64,000 bases of DNA from Chrysomallon squamiferum (taxonomy: Eukaryota; Animalia; Mollusca): positions 7,440,001-7,504,000 of the forward strand of contig CM022668.1 in NCBI GenBank assembly GCA_012295275.1. Reading direction: 5' to 3'. The notes under the pieces are model-generated. The model ran no database searches and was not told where the DNA came from. It saw only the letters and a list, made by a program, of their open reading frames with translations. Below are positions 39,248 to 52,945 of the stretch, piece by piece. A program made the position numbers and the translations under genes. The stretch's first letter is position 1; each line of letters opens with the position of its first letter.

Positions 39248-40815
39248 TTTGAGAAAAAAGAGAAAATGTTTTTTAAATGTTATAGTAGCCATTTTATCAC
39301 AAGCAAATAAAGATTAAAATACCTGAATGTATACATATATATATATATATTTATTTTTTTTTTTCTCATAAAAATGATATAACTGAAATCTTTTGAGCGA
39401 AAGTGGTTTTTGTTGCAGTTTTTTGATTGAAATTAGTAAAACAAATTAGCAGGTCATTTTATGAATTTTGTTATTTTATTTTCATTTACCTTTTTACCCA
39501 ATATTAATTTAAAGAAAGATAATTCAGAATATTTAAAATATTTTGGAGTGAATGATTTTAATAAAACTGTGTTTTATTTATGTCTGTTAAATTACTTTAT
39601 CTGAAGAATAAACAATTTAAAAACAATTATGATAAAATTTAAAATAAAAAAAAAGGTGAATAAAATAAATAAATAATTAAATAAATAATTAAAAATAAAA
39701 TAAAATTAAATAAAATAAAATTAAATTAAATTAAATAAAGAAAATGAGAAAGAAAATAGAAAAGAAATATAGAAAATTATTTTTAATGTTATAAACAGAA
39801 TAAATAAAGACAGATTAAAAGGGTTTTAAAACAAACATTTATTAACACCATTTATTCTTTTAAAAATAACACTGCATTTAACTTTTCTAAAAGCAATCAC
39901 AGATTGTTAAAAAAGATAATTTTACCATAAATTCTAGATTAAAATTAGATTAACATAATTTCAGTTTTATGTACATTTTTAAACTCGATAATACTTAGCA
40001 AATCTAGCTTTGTACATTTTGAATTTTGAATTATTTTTAGAAATTACAAAATTCAACTAAAAGAAATTTGCATCTCACTTTCAAAGGACGCATTTTTAAC
40101 AATGATTTTTATATAAATAATAATAATATCTTTCCTCTTTCTTTTATTTTTGATTAATTAAAAAAAACCTATTTCATTCCATAAACTTATAAAAATTCAG
40201 CTGCTTCCTAAAAACCAAACTTGTTGCTAGGAATCTACGGTAACAGTTCTTAATTAAAAAAAAAAAAACAAAAAAAAATGATTTAAAATCTCACAACAAA
40301 GATGGCTAACTACAATTATCAGATTTAATCAATAATAAATAGAAAAATTTCTAACATGAGCTACTCAATAAGTCTGGTCTTGGTCGTATTTTAAAAAGAA
40401 GTTCGTTTTTTCTTTTCACATTCATAAACAGAAGAATAAAAAAAAAAGAATCAAAGAAACAATAAACTAATACAACAACAATAACAGGAACAGTAACAAC
40501 AAATGTCTGCAGACCACCGCAATGCATAGGTACAGAAACATTGGAGACTCAACAAGTTTATTATCAGTAATAATAATACAACTTAACAATCTCAGCCCCC
40601 CACTGCAGTACTCTCTGCAGGGGGGAGATTAAGTATTCATATAGAGTAATAATAGTAATTATTATTATGTATACATCATAAGCAATATACAGGCATTTAT
40701 ATATATATATATATATTTATAAATTATATCAACCACATATTGCATAATGATATTAAATAATAAATTTGGTTATTGTAATAATAATAATAATATCTCCGTT
40801 ACAACAGCTAGGTTT

Positions 40816-40832
40816 TTATACTTGGTTTCCAT
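40816..40832 (-). CDS. PDE1: Candidate alternative terminal exon of PDE1 (DGNQV*)
   Basis: ttaactgtgttcttccAG acceptor; phase-1 reading gives DGNQV then TAA. Confidence 0.4.
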
Positions 40833-42439
40833 CTGGAAGAACACAGTTAAAAAAAAATCAACAAATGCTTAATGTAACTGGTTTTTGTCTAATTTAAAGT
40901 AGAAAACAAAAATTAAAAAAAGGAAAAGAAAGGGGTTTTTTTTGTAAAAAAAAGTTACGTACAGACATTGGAATACATTTATGGTATCTACAGTGGTATG
41001 GAAAAATGGTTATAAAATTCTTTATACTTCCAGGTTATTTCATTGTTAATAACAAAGTTTAAATTATATTGATTTAAAAATCAGTAAGTCACCATTTTAT
41101 CTTTTCACAGTTGCAGTTATAACATAGTCAAATTTACAGAAATTAATTCTTGTACATTATATCAATTAAAATTGGATTGAAAAAAAAAAAGATAAGAAAA
41201 GAAAGAATTTAAAATTAACTTGGTAGTACATAGAATATATTTAGAAAGTTTTTTCATGTTACTGAAGGTGAACTGTAAGGAAATATTGTTGGATTTTTTG
41301 TTGGTTTTTTTACATTCATTTATATTTGGGATGATTTAGTTTTGGTATATATATATTATATAAAGTTTTAGATCAAACAAGAGACACCTCTAGAAATAAA
41401 AACTATATTAAAAGAACATTTTATAGAATTTTATAAACACACATATTTTCTTTTTTTGTAACTTATTTATATCTAATTAACTGAGCACTTTTTTATCAAC
41501 AAAAAATTAAAATAAAATCATGAAGTATTATAATGGTTATATTACAATGAAAAGTCTTTTAATTTTTACATATTAATTTTTAGATGATTATCAACAAAAA
41601 GTGAGCAAAGAGAATATATATTTCGTAACTAGAAAACAACTTTTACATCTCAAACGTTTTTTTTTTTTTTTTTTTTTTTTAACTTTTCGTTTGTGTTCTT
41701 GTTTTTTTTTAAATGTTCTGGTGTGCACGGTTTAAAAACTGCAGTATTCTACAAAAAACAATAAAAACTTTTGGGTTTCTACTTTAATGATTTTGTTTAA
41801 AACTGAAACAAAATATATTTAAACGGTGAAGTTATTAAGTAATGCGAAATCAACACAAAGCAGAAGTCAATGTCGGCCATTTTGTTTTTTCTTGCATAAC
41901 GATATTACTATATTATTTATGTTCATATAATTATTCTTAAAATTAAGAATTGTATTTCATTACAATATTTTCTAACTTTAAAATATGTACATAAGTTAAC
42001 ACATACACTTATTTATATCTTCCTCTCTTATTATCATGATTGAGAAATGGCTACCTAGTTACCGTAACTAATCTTGTAAACGTAACACATCCTCTATATA
42101 TTTTATAATATATATATACTACAATATATATAATTTCTAAATTTATTTTATATTTTTTATTTTTTTATTTTTTGTGGTTGTTGGAAGCACAAATACTATA
42201 AAAAGAAAAATAATAATATTATGTTTATCTGATTTTGTTAGTATCTGAACAATTTCTCTAAATAATTAGCAAAAATTAATATCACAATCATGTTTAGCTA
42301 TATATCTAGAATTATTTTTTGCAATTAAAACACAAATATTTACAAGTGTGGTTTATTTTTTTCTAAGTTTATACATTTATAAATATTAATATTTTTATAA
42401 TAATAATAAAAAAATTCAAGTCATAATAAAAAAGATATA

Positions 42440-42490
<51 letters not shown>

Positions 42491-44480
42491 TAACAATGAA
42501 GTAATAAAATGATCAATTAATGATATTTTTATTTTAAGAAATTGATACTGTATATGATATATATATTGTTGCACCTGAAATATACAATATAATGTATATC
42601 TTATATAATCAGATTTTTAATAAAAATGTATGACCCCTTGTATAATGTATTGTATTATATATAATCAGAACTTATATTAAAAAAATATAAACTGTGTTTA
42701 TAGATTCTGATATTATACACAATTGTATATGTAATATTTTGTGTAAATGAAATATATGTCACAAAAATAATTTGATATTGTTGTGGTTTGACATTATCTA
42801 TTGGGTACTGTTTATCAGATATACTGTAAAACATATCTTGTCCAAAAGAAATGTACACTATATTTAACCTTTCAAATATTAAATAACTTTATATTAAAAT
42901 GCAATGTCTTGCTAAAATACATTGATATCGTATGACATCATGTTATATATATAGTGTAACCACCATACATTAAAATAGTAAAATATTGTTTAAAGATATT
43001 GTATGTGATCTGTTTTATAATATATTGCTGAAATGTCATGTTTTATAACTATGTGTATGCAGATCTACAAATATTTTGTTCTATTTTGATTATACATTAT
43101 ACAAGAGGTTATGAAAATATTGTTTAATTTGTCCATAATACTTACACAATAAACTTTATTACAGTTTATTTATTATTTTCAGGTATATTTTTATATGAAG
43201 TCATAAAAATATAATATTGTTTAATTTATTAATCATTTCATCTTTCCAGTCAAGGTAGTTTATATTTTAGTGAAGCACCTTTAAGCAGAAGGTTACCATG
43301 GATACATCTGTTCATTTATTATTATGATTCTTAATTCTTAGTACAAAGAAAGAAAAAAAATTGCTTAATAAATTAAAGGGACTGAAGGATTGTCAAATGA
43401 GCATTTGTAATGAGTTTTAAAAATTATCATCTTAATAAATATCAGAATATTATGTACAAGGAGTAGAAAAAAAAAACAATAGAGAGAACAAAAAGAGATT
43501 AAAAAAAACAAAACACAGCATACACAAAGATGGCGGACATTTTTTTCACAAACAGGCACATGGTCATTGCCATAGCGCTGAGCTTATACAGACAGAGCTA
43601 CATAATGTCAAAAAGCCATAGTTTTACACCTGACCTTTGACCAAGTCAAAGTTGACAGATACAGTTTTTATTTTTTAATATTTTTTTAAATATTTTTTTT
43701 ATTTGACATTGGTAAAATTTGAAAAACAGAAACATTGACAGTGAATACTGTCAGATTTTGCACAAAACACATAAAAAAGATTTAAAAAGCCATCATTTCA
43801 CACAAGGATTTCTTTTTTTGACAACTTGAAGAATAAAAAATTGAGAGATATTCACATGAGGCCTCACATACAGTGGTAAAAAGTGAAATAAAAATGTAAA
43901 GCCACTGTTCTGTATTTCTGATTTTTAAAACAAATTATTATTTTTTTTTATAAAGACTTTAAAATAAATACACTAAAAATTAATTAAAAACTAAACTAAA
44001 ATAAATAAAATTTGATTAAAGTAAAACTTATAAACATACTTTTTTTTTTATAATTATAAAATTATTTTTTAAAAATTGAATGTTTTTTCTTAAATAACAT
44101 GACCAGAGCCATGACCTCTGACATTTATATACATATTTAATATTTAAAAAAAAAAAAAAAAGGTGAAGCCTCACAAAACTACAGAAAACAGTAAATACTA
44201 TAGAAGAAAAACACAGAAGATTTATTTAATCTTTTTTTTTCTCCAAACAAAAAAGAAGAAAATAACAGTTACACATCCTCCCAAACAGTGTTCTAAAAAC
44301 CAGAAGTTCATGAGAGGTCAAAGGTTAAGGTCACAGTCACGGGATGAAGAAAGAGTTCACAGTAAAACGTAAAAACACCATCACGATTCGCAGTCGACTT
44401 TTTTTTTTTTTTTCCCCAACGTTTTCACCAGCAGTATTCAAAGCGTACAAAGGGAGATAACCACCAGACTCACTGCTTAC

Positions 44481-44720
44481 CTTTCACTAAGGGCTTAATA
44501 CTGATTGTCTCCCTTGAGGCGCTGTCTGACAGTGGTGGTTTCGCTGGCAACGGCTGAGTTGGGGGCTTGATTTTTTCGGGGGAAGGTTCGATCTTTGCGT
44601 TAATCTGATGGTGCTCTGTCGGTTCTGGTTTTGAGATTTCACTAGTTTTTGAAACTATTGTGTCAGTTTCTGCATGTTTGTTTTCTGTGTTGGAGCCCAG
44701 TCTCTGTCTCTCTTCAGCAT
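44481..44720 (-). CDS. PDE1: PDE1 exon, C-terminal tail (DAEERQRLGS...SIKPLVK)
   Basis: aaAG acceptor abutting a (TAT)n tract, AG|GTAAGC donor, 240 nt, phase 1 to 1; read-through gives GKQ* at 44470. Confidence 0.85.
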
Positions 44721-44722
44721 CT

Positions 44723-44827
44723 TTAATAACAATAACAATAATAACAATAATAATAACAATAATAATAACATTAACAATAATAATAACATTAACAATAATA
44801 ACAACAATAATAATAATGATAATAATG

Positions 44828-44858
<31 letters not shown>

Positions 44859-44910
44859 CAACAATAATAACAATAATAACAACATTAATAATAATAATAA
44901 CAATAATAAC

Positions 44911-44984
<74 letters not shown>

Positions 44985-45135
44985 TAATAATAATAATGAT
45001 AATAATAATAATGGGAATAATAATGATGATGGTAAAATTAATAGCAGTAGTAAAAATGGTGATAGTAATGAGAATAATAATAATAATGATGATGATGATG
45101 ATGATGATAATAGTAACAGTAGTAGTAGTAGTAAT
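44723..45135. repeat. (AAT/AAC)n microsatellite
   Basis: Directly visible; abuts the PDE1 44720 acceptor. Confidence 0.98.
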
Positions 45136-45580
45136 AAAAATAATATAGTAATAATGATACTGATAATAATAATATAATAACATGTATAATAAAAAGTTAA
45201 TAATATACATATTTAATAAAAATAATAATAAGAATAAAAAAATGATAACTTTCAATGTGATTTTAATTAATTTATAAAATATGTAATTAAAAATTCATAA
45301 ACATATGAAATTATATTTTAACTTAATATTTTATTATAACTATTTTAGAAAAATAATAATAAATATACATTCTAATTCTATTATTATTATTAAAATGAAT
45401 TCTGAAAATAACAATTACATTTTATTTTATTATTGTTATTGTTCTTCTTATTATTATTAAAATGAATTTTGAAAATAAATAAATATACATTTTAATTTTA
45501 TGATTATTATTGCTGATGCTGATGTTATTAGTATAAAAACAATGTAGAAAATTCTGGAATGTAACCAGAAATGGTGAAAC

Positions 45581-45661
45581 CTTTGATTGCTTTTTCCTTC
45601 CATCTCTGTTTGTTTGCAGCTAAACAATCCACCCAGGGTTTTGGAAGCTCATAGGGGCCAC
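45581..45661 (-). CDS. PDE1: PDE1 exon (GPYELPKPWVDCLAANKQRWKEKAIK)
   Basis: tttaAG acceptor, AG|GTTTCA donor, 81 nt; the W...NKxRWKE pattern is the last catalytic-domain helix. Confidence 0.88.
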
Positions 45662-46282
45662 CTTAAAATAGTAAATTTAAATATTAAATATTAAAATTTT
45701 AAATATTAAAATATTAAAATAACAAAATATTAAATATTAAAATATTAAAATATTAAAATAAAATATCAAAATATTAAAATATAATACATGTGAAATAGAA
45801 GAGACTTTAAAAAAGATAGTATATATAAAAAAACACACCCAGATATATATATAAATGACAGATAGATAGATATATAGATGTAGATGGACAGATGGATAGA
45901 TGGATAAATATGTATATATAGACAAAACTGAAAACAAATAAAAAACCCCAGTAAATCAGTTTAATTCTGGATACCTAAAACAATTAAACATTAATAAATA
46001 TATTTAATAACAAAAATATTTATATAAAAATATATATATGAATAATAATAATTATTTAATATAGGCCACCTAAAAATAAAACATAATAAATATTATTAAT
46101 TAAGAAAAACAACACTGTCTTTAAACCTGGAATGAAATCACAGAAACTGTGAATTTTTGTTTTAACAATAATAAATTCACATACACTCACACTCATATGT
46201 AGACATACATTTACACTCACACACACAAACTAACTCACATATAAGCACACTTACACATGTACAGATACCCATATATACACAT

Positions 46283-46332
<50 letters not shown>

Positions 46333-46848
46333 ACGTACATACCATTACAAATCCACAAACAATTCATGGAATGAAAAAGTATGAACAGACAAACATACAT
46401 ACACACAAAATCACCAACTCACAAGAACATACACTGATATAAAATAAATATGTATCATTATGAAATAACAGGTATGAACTCCATGTAACATGCATGCATG
46501 TTTTTGATTCAAACTGGTTCATTCATTCATGCATTTCTGAAAACAAAAATCACCTAATTTGCAGGAACAATCTCTATTCTAATTAATAATATCACTTTAC
46601 ATACTCATATTTTTGTTTACATTCCAGGATCTCTATGGCTACAAGGACTAGACTTTCCTCATGTCACTTTCAAATACAACTAAATACACATTTTCATTCA
46701 AATGCTAGGGTATAACAGTGCATACTTTGCAATGACTTAAACATGCATGTTCTTAGTTTTGTATATTGGATTAATAAGTAAATAAAGGAATAAAGAAATA
46801 TATAAGTTAAAAAAAAATATATAAATAAATATCTTTTAAAATGATTAA

Positions 46849-46882
<34 letters not shown>

Positions 46883-47700
46883 ATTATTTAATTTTTTTAA
46901 TGATAAAAACATTTCAGAATAACAAACAATAATAGCAGTCTCTATAAAATTAACAATTATTATTATTAATATTTATAAAATAATAATAAAATATTTTACT
47001 ATAGTAGAAATAAAAAATTACACACTTAGTTTAATATTATTAGAAACAGACCAGTGTTTATATTACTACATTTCTGAAGCATGTTAGTATTTTTAAACAT
47101 TGTACCTGTTACTATAGTAACAATGAATGACAAATACAAAACTACAAAGTTTGTTAGTACAATCAAAATCACTAATTAGTAGGTATCAAACTCATTAGTA
47201 TATCAACAAACAAAAAAATTATAATGATTAAATATTAATTAGATATAAGCCTGTACATACTTGATAGTTGTACATGTGACAACCAGTGACACATTTTAAT
47301 TACATACAAACCACTCAAAACTACTGTTAGTAAACTCGTACAGCTCCACAGAGTGATTTGTAAGGAGGTTACTGATTGGTTGTTAGCTTATAGCACAAAG
47401 GAAGTGTTACTTGATAGAGAGGTTGCCTTTTCTATTTTTTTTTTGTACTTGTTATTTTGTATATATATATATATTTATATTCACACTGTTAATTCTTTAC
47501 TTACATTATTATGTTAATTATTTTATTCATCTTTTAATATTTGTTTATTTTTATTATTTTCCATCTTTGATAAATTACTATATTTATTTTCCTTTTGTTC
47601 TTTAAACTACAAAATTGAAAACTGACATTTCAAATTACATTATACTGAGAATTATTATAATTATAAAGATTTTTGTTTTTAAATTTGTCATATATAATTG

Positions 47701-47731
<31 letters not shown>

Positions 47732-48072
47732 ATTTAATGTAGCTATTATGAAATAATTATCAAAGTGTTTTTCTTTTTTTAAATTAATTAATTCATTTAT
47801 TATTATTATTATCATCATTGTCATCATCAGTAATATTATTATTGTTATTGTTATTATTCATTATCAATATCAATATTATTATTATTATTTTTAGTTTCAT
47901 AAATTTATAAATTAAAATAAAATTGTGTATTTTCTATAATTCAGTTATGTTTTTTTCAAAAATATTTTCTATTAATATTTAAAACGATATGGTGGCAAAT
48001 AAAAATTGGATCTACAAGCAAACTGAAAGGTACAAATTGTTATCCCAAACTGAGCCAGCCAGAGTTACTTAC

Positions 48073-48099
48073 CCTTCAATTTGCCAAAACGTTTAGTTG
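48073..48099 (-). CDS. PDE1: Candidate 27-nt cassette microexon of PDE1 (TTKRFGKLK-G)
   Basis: acacttacAG|CAACTAAACGTTTTGGCAAATTGAAGG|GTAAGT on -; symmetric phase 1, open. Confidence 0.65.
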
Positions 48100-48480
48100 C
48101 TGTAAGTGTAAATTTGTCAAAACATGTTTTCATTTCACTTTTTAAATACTGAAATCCTGAATGCACATCCACGGTTATTCTTAGAGAGAGAGAAAGACAG
48201 AGAGACAGACAGCCAGACAGGCAGAGAGAGAGAGAGAGAGGAAACATAAATTTTATTACACAAATATATATTTACACACATCTTTTTCTTCTTCTTCTTG
48301 CCAATATTAAAAATAACAGAACACAAAATATGACATAGCTATGGGAATTTATTATCCCCCCCAAAAAAACCCACAATACTCATTTACACAACCTTTTAAC
48401 TTTCCTTATAAGAACTCTTCTTTTTAAGGAGATAAAAAAAAAAAAAATCATAATTAACAGATATCTCTTTCTTAAAAAGA

Positions 48481-48559
<79 letters not shown>

Positions 48560-48939
48560 TTATCATTAATGATAATTTTATGCTTTAGACTTTTATAGGA
48601 AAGAATTCTGTCACAGTAACATCATGCTAATATGATCATTTCAGTTGGTTAAGTAAACACAAAACCAGCAATAACCCACATGCAGTTTTCAAATCAACAA
48701 TTATTAATGAATTCTTTAATAACCAACAACATTCTTTTCAGATAAAGATTATTTTTAAAATTTCATGCAATAAACAAATCCAATGCAGTTATTATAAAAC
48801 AATGAAAAGCAGGCATCAGAGTCAGCCATTTTGTTTTCATACCACAGAGGTAAAAATGATAACAATTAATTCTTCAACTGGAAACAACTGAAACACAATA
48901 CTTCTCTCCTTTGTGGGAAAGTTTTAGAAGTATTTTTAG

Positions 48940-51160
48940 GAACAAGGGAGATAACTTACTAATCTCTGAATACATAGATTTATAGACATCAGATATTACT
49001 GGAACAAAGAAAATTCATAACTTGATGTAAACTGAAATTTTTTTTTTTTTTTTTTTTTATTAATAAAGAAAATAATTCTCCATTAATGGAGGTAAGTTGT
49101 TTGTTTGTGTTTTTGTTTTTTGTTTTGTAGGGATATATATATATATATATCTATATGAGGGGGAAAAAACTGTTCTGAACCTGAGTTTGGTTTACTGATG
49201 TAGATAAGGGAGTGAATAAAACTGTTTCTTGAATATCTGCTGTATTCATTTTATAATGGAATTTTGTTTTCACACTTATTATTTCTTTATTTCTTTATTT
49301 CTCTACGGTAAATAACTTTTGTTTATTTTTTGTGTTCATACATGAAGAACTTACACTTTCTTTGCTCTGTTTTATAGGTTCTTGAATAAACTGCAATAAA
49401 GAAGGAAGATAAATGGAGGTTGTTTTCTTTTTTCCATCCAGAAGTATAAATAAGGGAGATAACTGTTGACTGATGTTTTAGTGTAATTAATTAAAGTAAA
49501 TAACTGTTGATTGATGTTTTTAAATTTAAAATGGGTGATTAAAGGAGATAACTGTAAATATGTAATTAAGGGAGATAACTGTATATATGTAATTAAGGGA
49601 GATAACTATTGATATAGTTTAAGTATACTTTATCAGAATTATCATATAATGGTATAACTAAGGGAGATAATTTATTGTTTTCACCAGGTATGCTTGATGT
49701 CAGTAGGGTTGATAAATATGGTGTATGAGCTCTTGGTATGGGTATTAGTAGGGGAGAAAACTCTTCATACACTGGTATATTTGTAACAATTTCCTGGATT
49801 TTTTCTGATATAAATATAAAAATTTAAAAATTCAAATGATACAAAACTCACTCTCAGTCAGTTCACTAAAACCAACAGCTTTGTGTTTTACTGGAATGAA
49901 CAAGGTAGATAACTTTTAAGGGAGATAATTCATTGGTGACTTGTATATTATATAGCAGAAATATAATGAGAAAAAATCTTTGTTAGTGTTTTTTTTTTTA
50001 TATAATTTTCTTTTTTTAATGTAGATGTAAAAATAATGGAAATAGTTCATTGTTCACTGGTGTTAGAATGAAGAAGTATAAACAGGGAGATAACTTACTG
50101 AATGTGTTTTTATTGCAGTGTATAAATAAGCTATTTATCAGATTTTTTTCATAATAACTGTAAAGCTAAGTAAGAAAAGTGTGCTGTGTGTTTATGGTAA
50201 TAAGGGATAAAAGTACTGTGTTCTTTATTGACTGTTTTTTGAATTATGAACAAATGAACAAGTCAGTAACTTACACCTCTCATATTCCCTAACAGTATAC
50301 AAGTCAGGGTATGCTGCAACAGAAAAGGGAGATAACTTGATATATAATTGAGTGCCTTTAAATACATAACAGAGATGGTTCACTGAGGTTTGCAGATGTT
50401 TGACTCAGTGTTTACCAGAGATATTTCTGATATTTTGGAATAAATAAGGGAGATAATTCATTGTTTATGGGAGATATTGGTGATGTACTGGAATAAATAA
50501 AGGAAATAATTCACTTTTTACAGATGTTTTCAGTATTCTATTGTACGTAAGAACGTTAACTCATTTTTTCACTCTTGCTGTTTCCAGTATTTTAAAATAT
50601 ATAAGGGAGATAATATATTTTTCTTTGAAGGTACTTCCAGTATAATAAGTAAGGATCATAACTCTCTTTTTCTACTTTCTGTATTGGCTATAGATACAGT
50701 AGATAATTCACTCTTTAATGAGATAGTTTTCAATATAATTATATGGGCCTAGTTAGGAATATTTATAAATTATATTTGCAGTAATAATTTGATATACAGA
50801 AGATGTTTTGATCCTAATTAGAATAAGAGAGATATCACCCTGTATGAAAATAATGCAATATAATGAGAAAGAAATAAAAGCAATAACTCACATAAAAAGG
50901 GAGATAACTCAGTGTATACTGGATGTGGTTCAAGTATAATTAGAATAAATAAAATGATAACTCACTACTTAATTGATATATTTTAGGTATAATTTTACTA
51001 GATGGATGTGGTTCAGGTATAATTTAAAGGTACTAGATGTATTTTAGGTATAATTATAAAAAAGGGACATGACTGACTGTTTACATTATAACCCTAACAA
51101 ACAAGGGAGATAACTCTGTGTTTACATTACAGCTGTAAGAAAGAAGGGAGACAACTCACT
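48940..51160. repeat. Irregularly spaced AAGGGAGATAA(C/T) motif array, more than 15 copies
   Basis: Same-orientation copies near 48945, 49452, 49568, 49596, 49660, 49918, 50085, 50325, 50446, 50605, 50897 and 51103. Confidence 0.88.
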
Positions 51161-51381
51161 GTTTATTGGAGGTGTTTTTGGTGTATTGGGACGGCTTCTA
51201 GGACCTGTTGAGCTGGAACTTCGACTCTGAGTGTCTGCGTCAAACACTTCCTCTGAGATGGAGTCCTCCACGCTCCGTGAGCCCTGAGAGGACTGCGCCT
51301 GCTGGTGCAGAGGACTGAGGACCTTGTTCAGCATGTCCCCCATCACCTGGAAACTAGGGTCCACTATAAAGTCAATGAAAC
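51160..51381 (-). CDS. PDE1: PDE1 exon (GFIDFIVDPSFQVMGDML...TPPIN)
   Basis: ccacAG acceptor, GTGAGT donor, 222 nt, phase 1 to 1. Confidence 0.93.
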
Positions 51382-51728
51382 CTGTGGAAAAAAGTACAAA
51401 AACAAAAACATTTCAGCAATTGTCAAATGTTAATAAATATTTGTATGTTTATATACATGTTCAAAAATTATCATTCCTAGGAGATTTGATGTACTAAGAA
51501 GACTATTATATTTGTTTCTGTGAAGAAAGTAATCCTATTTTGTGTCTGTTTTGTAACTGTTTTATATCTGTTTTTGAATGTGCCAACAAAAAGACACATC
51601 CACACATTCAGTTAAAGAATTATAATAAAATGTATTAAAACTTAAAGTAATTAAATGTGATTCAGTCAAAGTGTATCATTTGTTCTTGCAGATATTTAAT
51701 GTTTAGTAAAATATATCAAAAATTAAAA

Positions 51729-51944
51729 TACTGGGTTGAGGAATAAGTCATTGCCATTCATAACTGATTCAAATTTATGGCAGAGGCATCGAAAAACTTG
51801 TTGACCTTTGGGAAGAAAGGGTTATATAACAATGGAGAATACATTATTGATTAAAATACATCTTGTTATCAATTAAGCTTAAGTTTTCTTCTATGTAATG
51901 ATTAAATTTAATTTAACCACAATGACTTATTCCTCAACCCAATA
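51729..51944. mobile_element. Tc1/mariner-type MITE, about 215 bp
   Basis: Perfect 22-bp inverted repeat tgggttgaggaataagtcattg (51732-51753) / caatgacttattcctcaaccca (51920-51941), TA at both outer ends, mariner-like CAACCCAATA terminus, no ORF. Confidence 0.85.
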
Positions 51945-52016
51945 ATTATCTATGACTCAGTCTTCGTGTATCAGTTGCTCTCACAGATGTTAGGTATTTA
52001 GTGAAGTGTAAAGTAC

Positions 52017-52098
52017 CTATTTGTGACTCTGCCACAAGTGTATTTTTCCTATCACAGAGAGGTGAAAATGGCAGCCCCAGTTCTTGTTCTCTATCACC
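52017..52098 (-). CDS. PDE1: PDE1 exon (GDREQELGLPFSPLCDRKNTLVAESQI)
   Basis: acAG acceptor, AG|GTACTT donor, 82 nt, phase 0 to 1. Confidence 0.96.
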
Positions 52099-52299
52099 CT
52101 GTCAAAAACAAAACAAATAATTCACTGTTAATACAAAACACAAAACTATTCAAACAAATTATCATTCAATTAAAAATTATTAAAACATGATTATTTTCCT
52201 AAAAGTTTTTTTTATTATTATATACAAAAGTATTAAAATAAATAATTATTTTTAGATAGATCTGCTTTTACTGCTACTTTTATTATGTTTACTGCTCCT

Positions 52300-52740
52300 A
52301 CTACTACCACTAGAACTACTGCTACTACTTTTACTACTACTACCATAATTATTTCTACTCTACTACTATCACTAGAACTACTGCTACTACTTTTACTACT
52401 ACTACCATAATTATTTCTACTCTACTACTACTACTAGTACTACTGCTACTGCTGTTACTACTACTACCATAATTATTTCTACTCTACTACTACCACTAGT
52501 ACTACTGCTACTGCTGTTACTACTACTACCATAATTATTTCTACTCTACTACTACCACTAGTACTACTGCTACTGCTGTTACTACTACTACCATAATTAT
52601 TTCTACTCTACTACTACCACTAGTACTACTGCTACTACTTTTACTACTACTACCATAATTATTTCTACTCTACTACTACTACTACTAGTACTACTGCTAC
52701 TGCTGTTACTACTACTACCATAATTATTTCTACTTTACTA
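52300..52740. repeat. 62-bp ACT-derived minisatellite, about 7 copies
   Basis: gctact...ttactactactaccataattatttctactctactact recurs at 62-bp spacing. Confidence 0.92.
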
Positions 52741-52945
52741 CAACCAGTGCTACTGATGCTACTACTACTACTGTTATTACTACTACTACTATGTACTACT
52801 ACTACTGCTGTTACTACTACTACCATAATTTTACTGTACTACTATACCACTCACTGCTACTGCTGTTACACACTACCAAATAAAAACAAAAGAAGAAAAA
52901 CTACCAAAAGATCTCTGAAAGAGAAGATAACTCTGTTGTACTGAC

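Noticed and set aside
48940-51160. CRISPR-like repeat-spacer appearance
   Set aside because: Eukaryotic intron, repeat core only about 12 bp, very unequal spacers, no cas genes.
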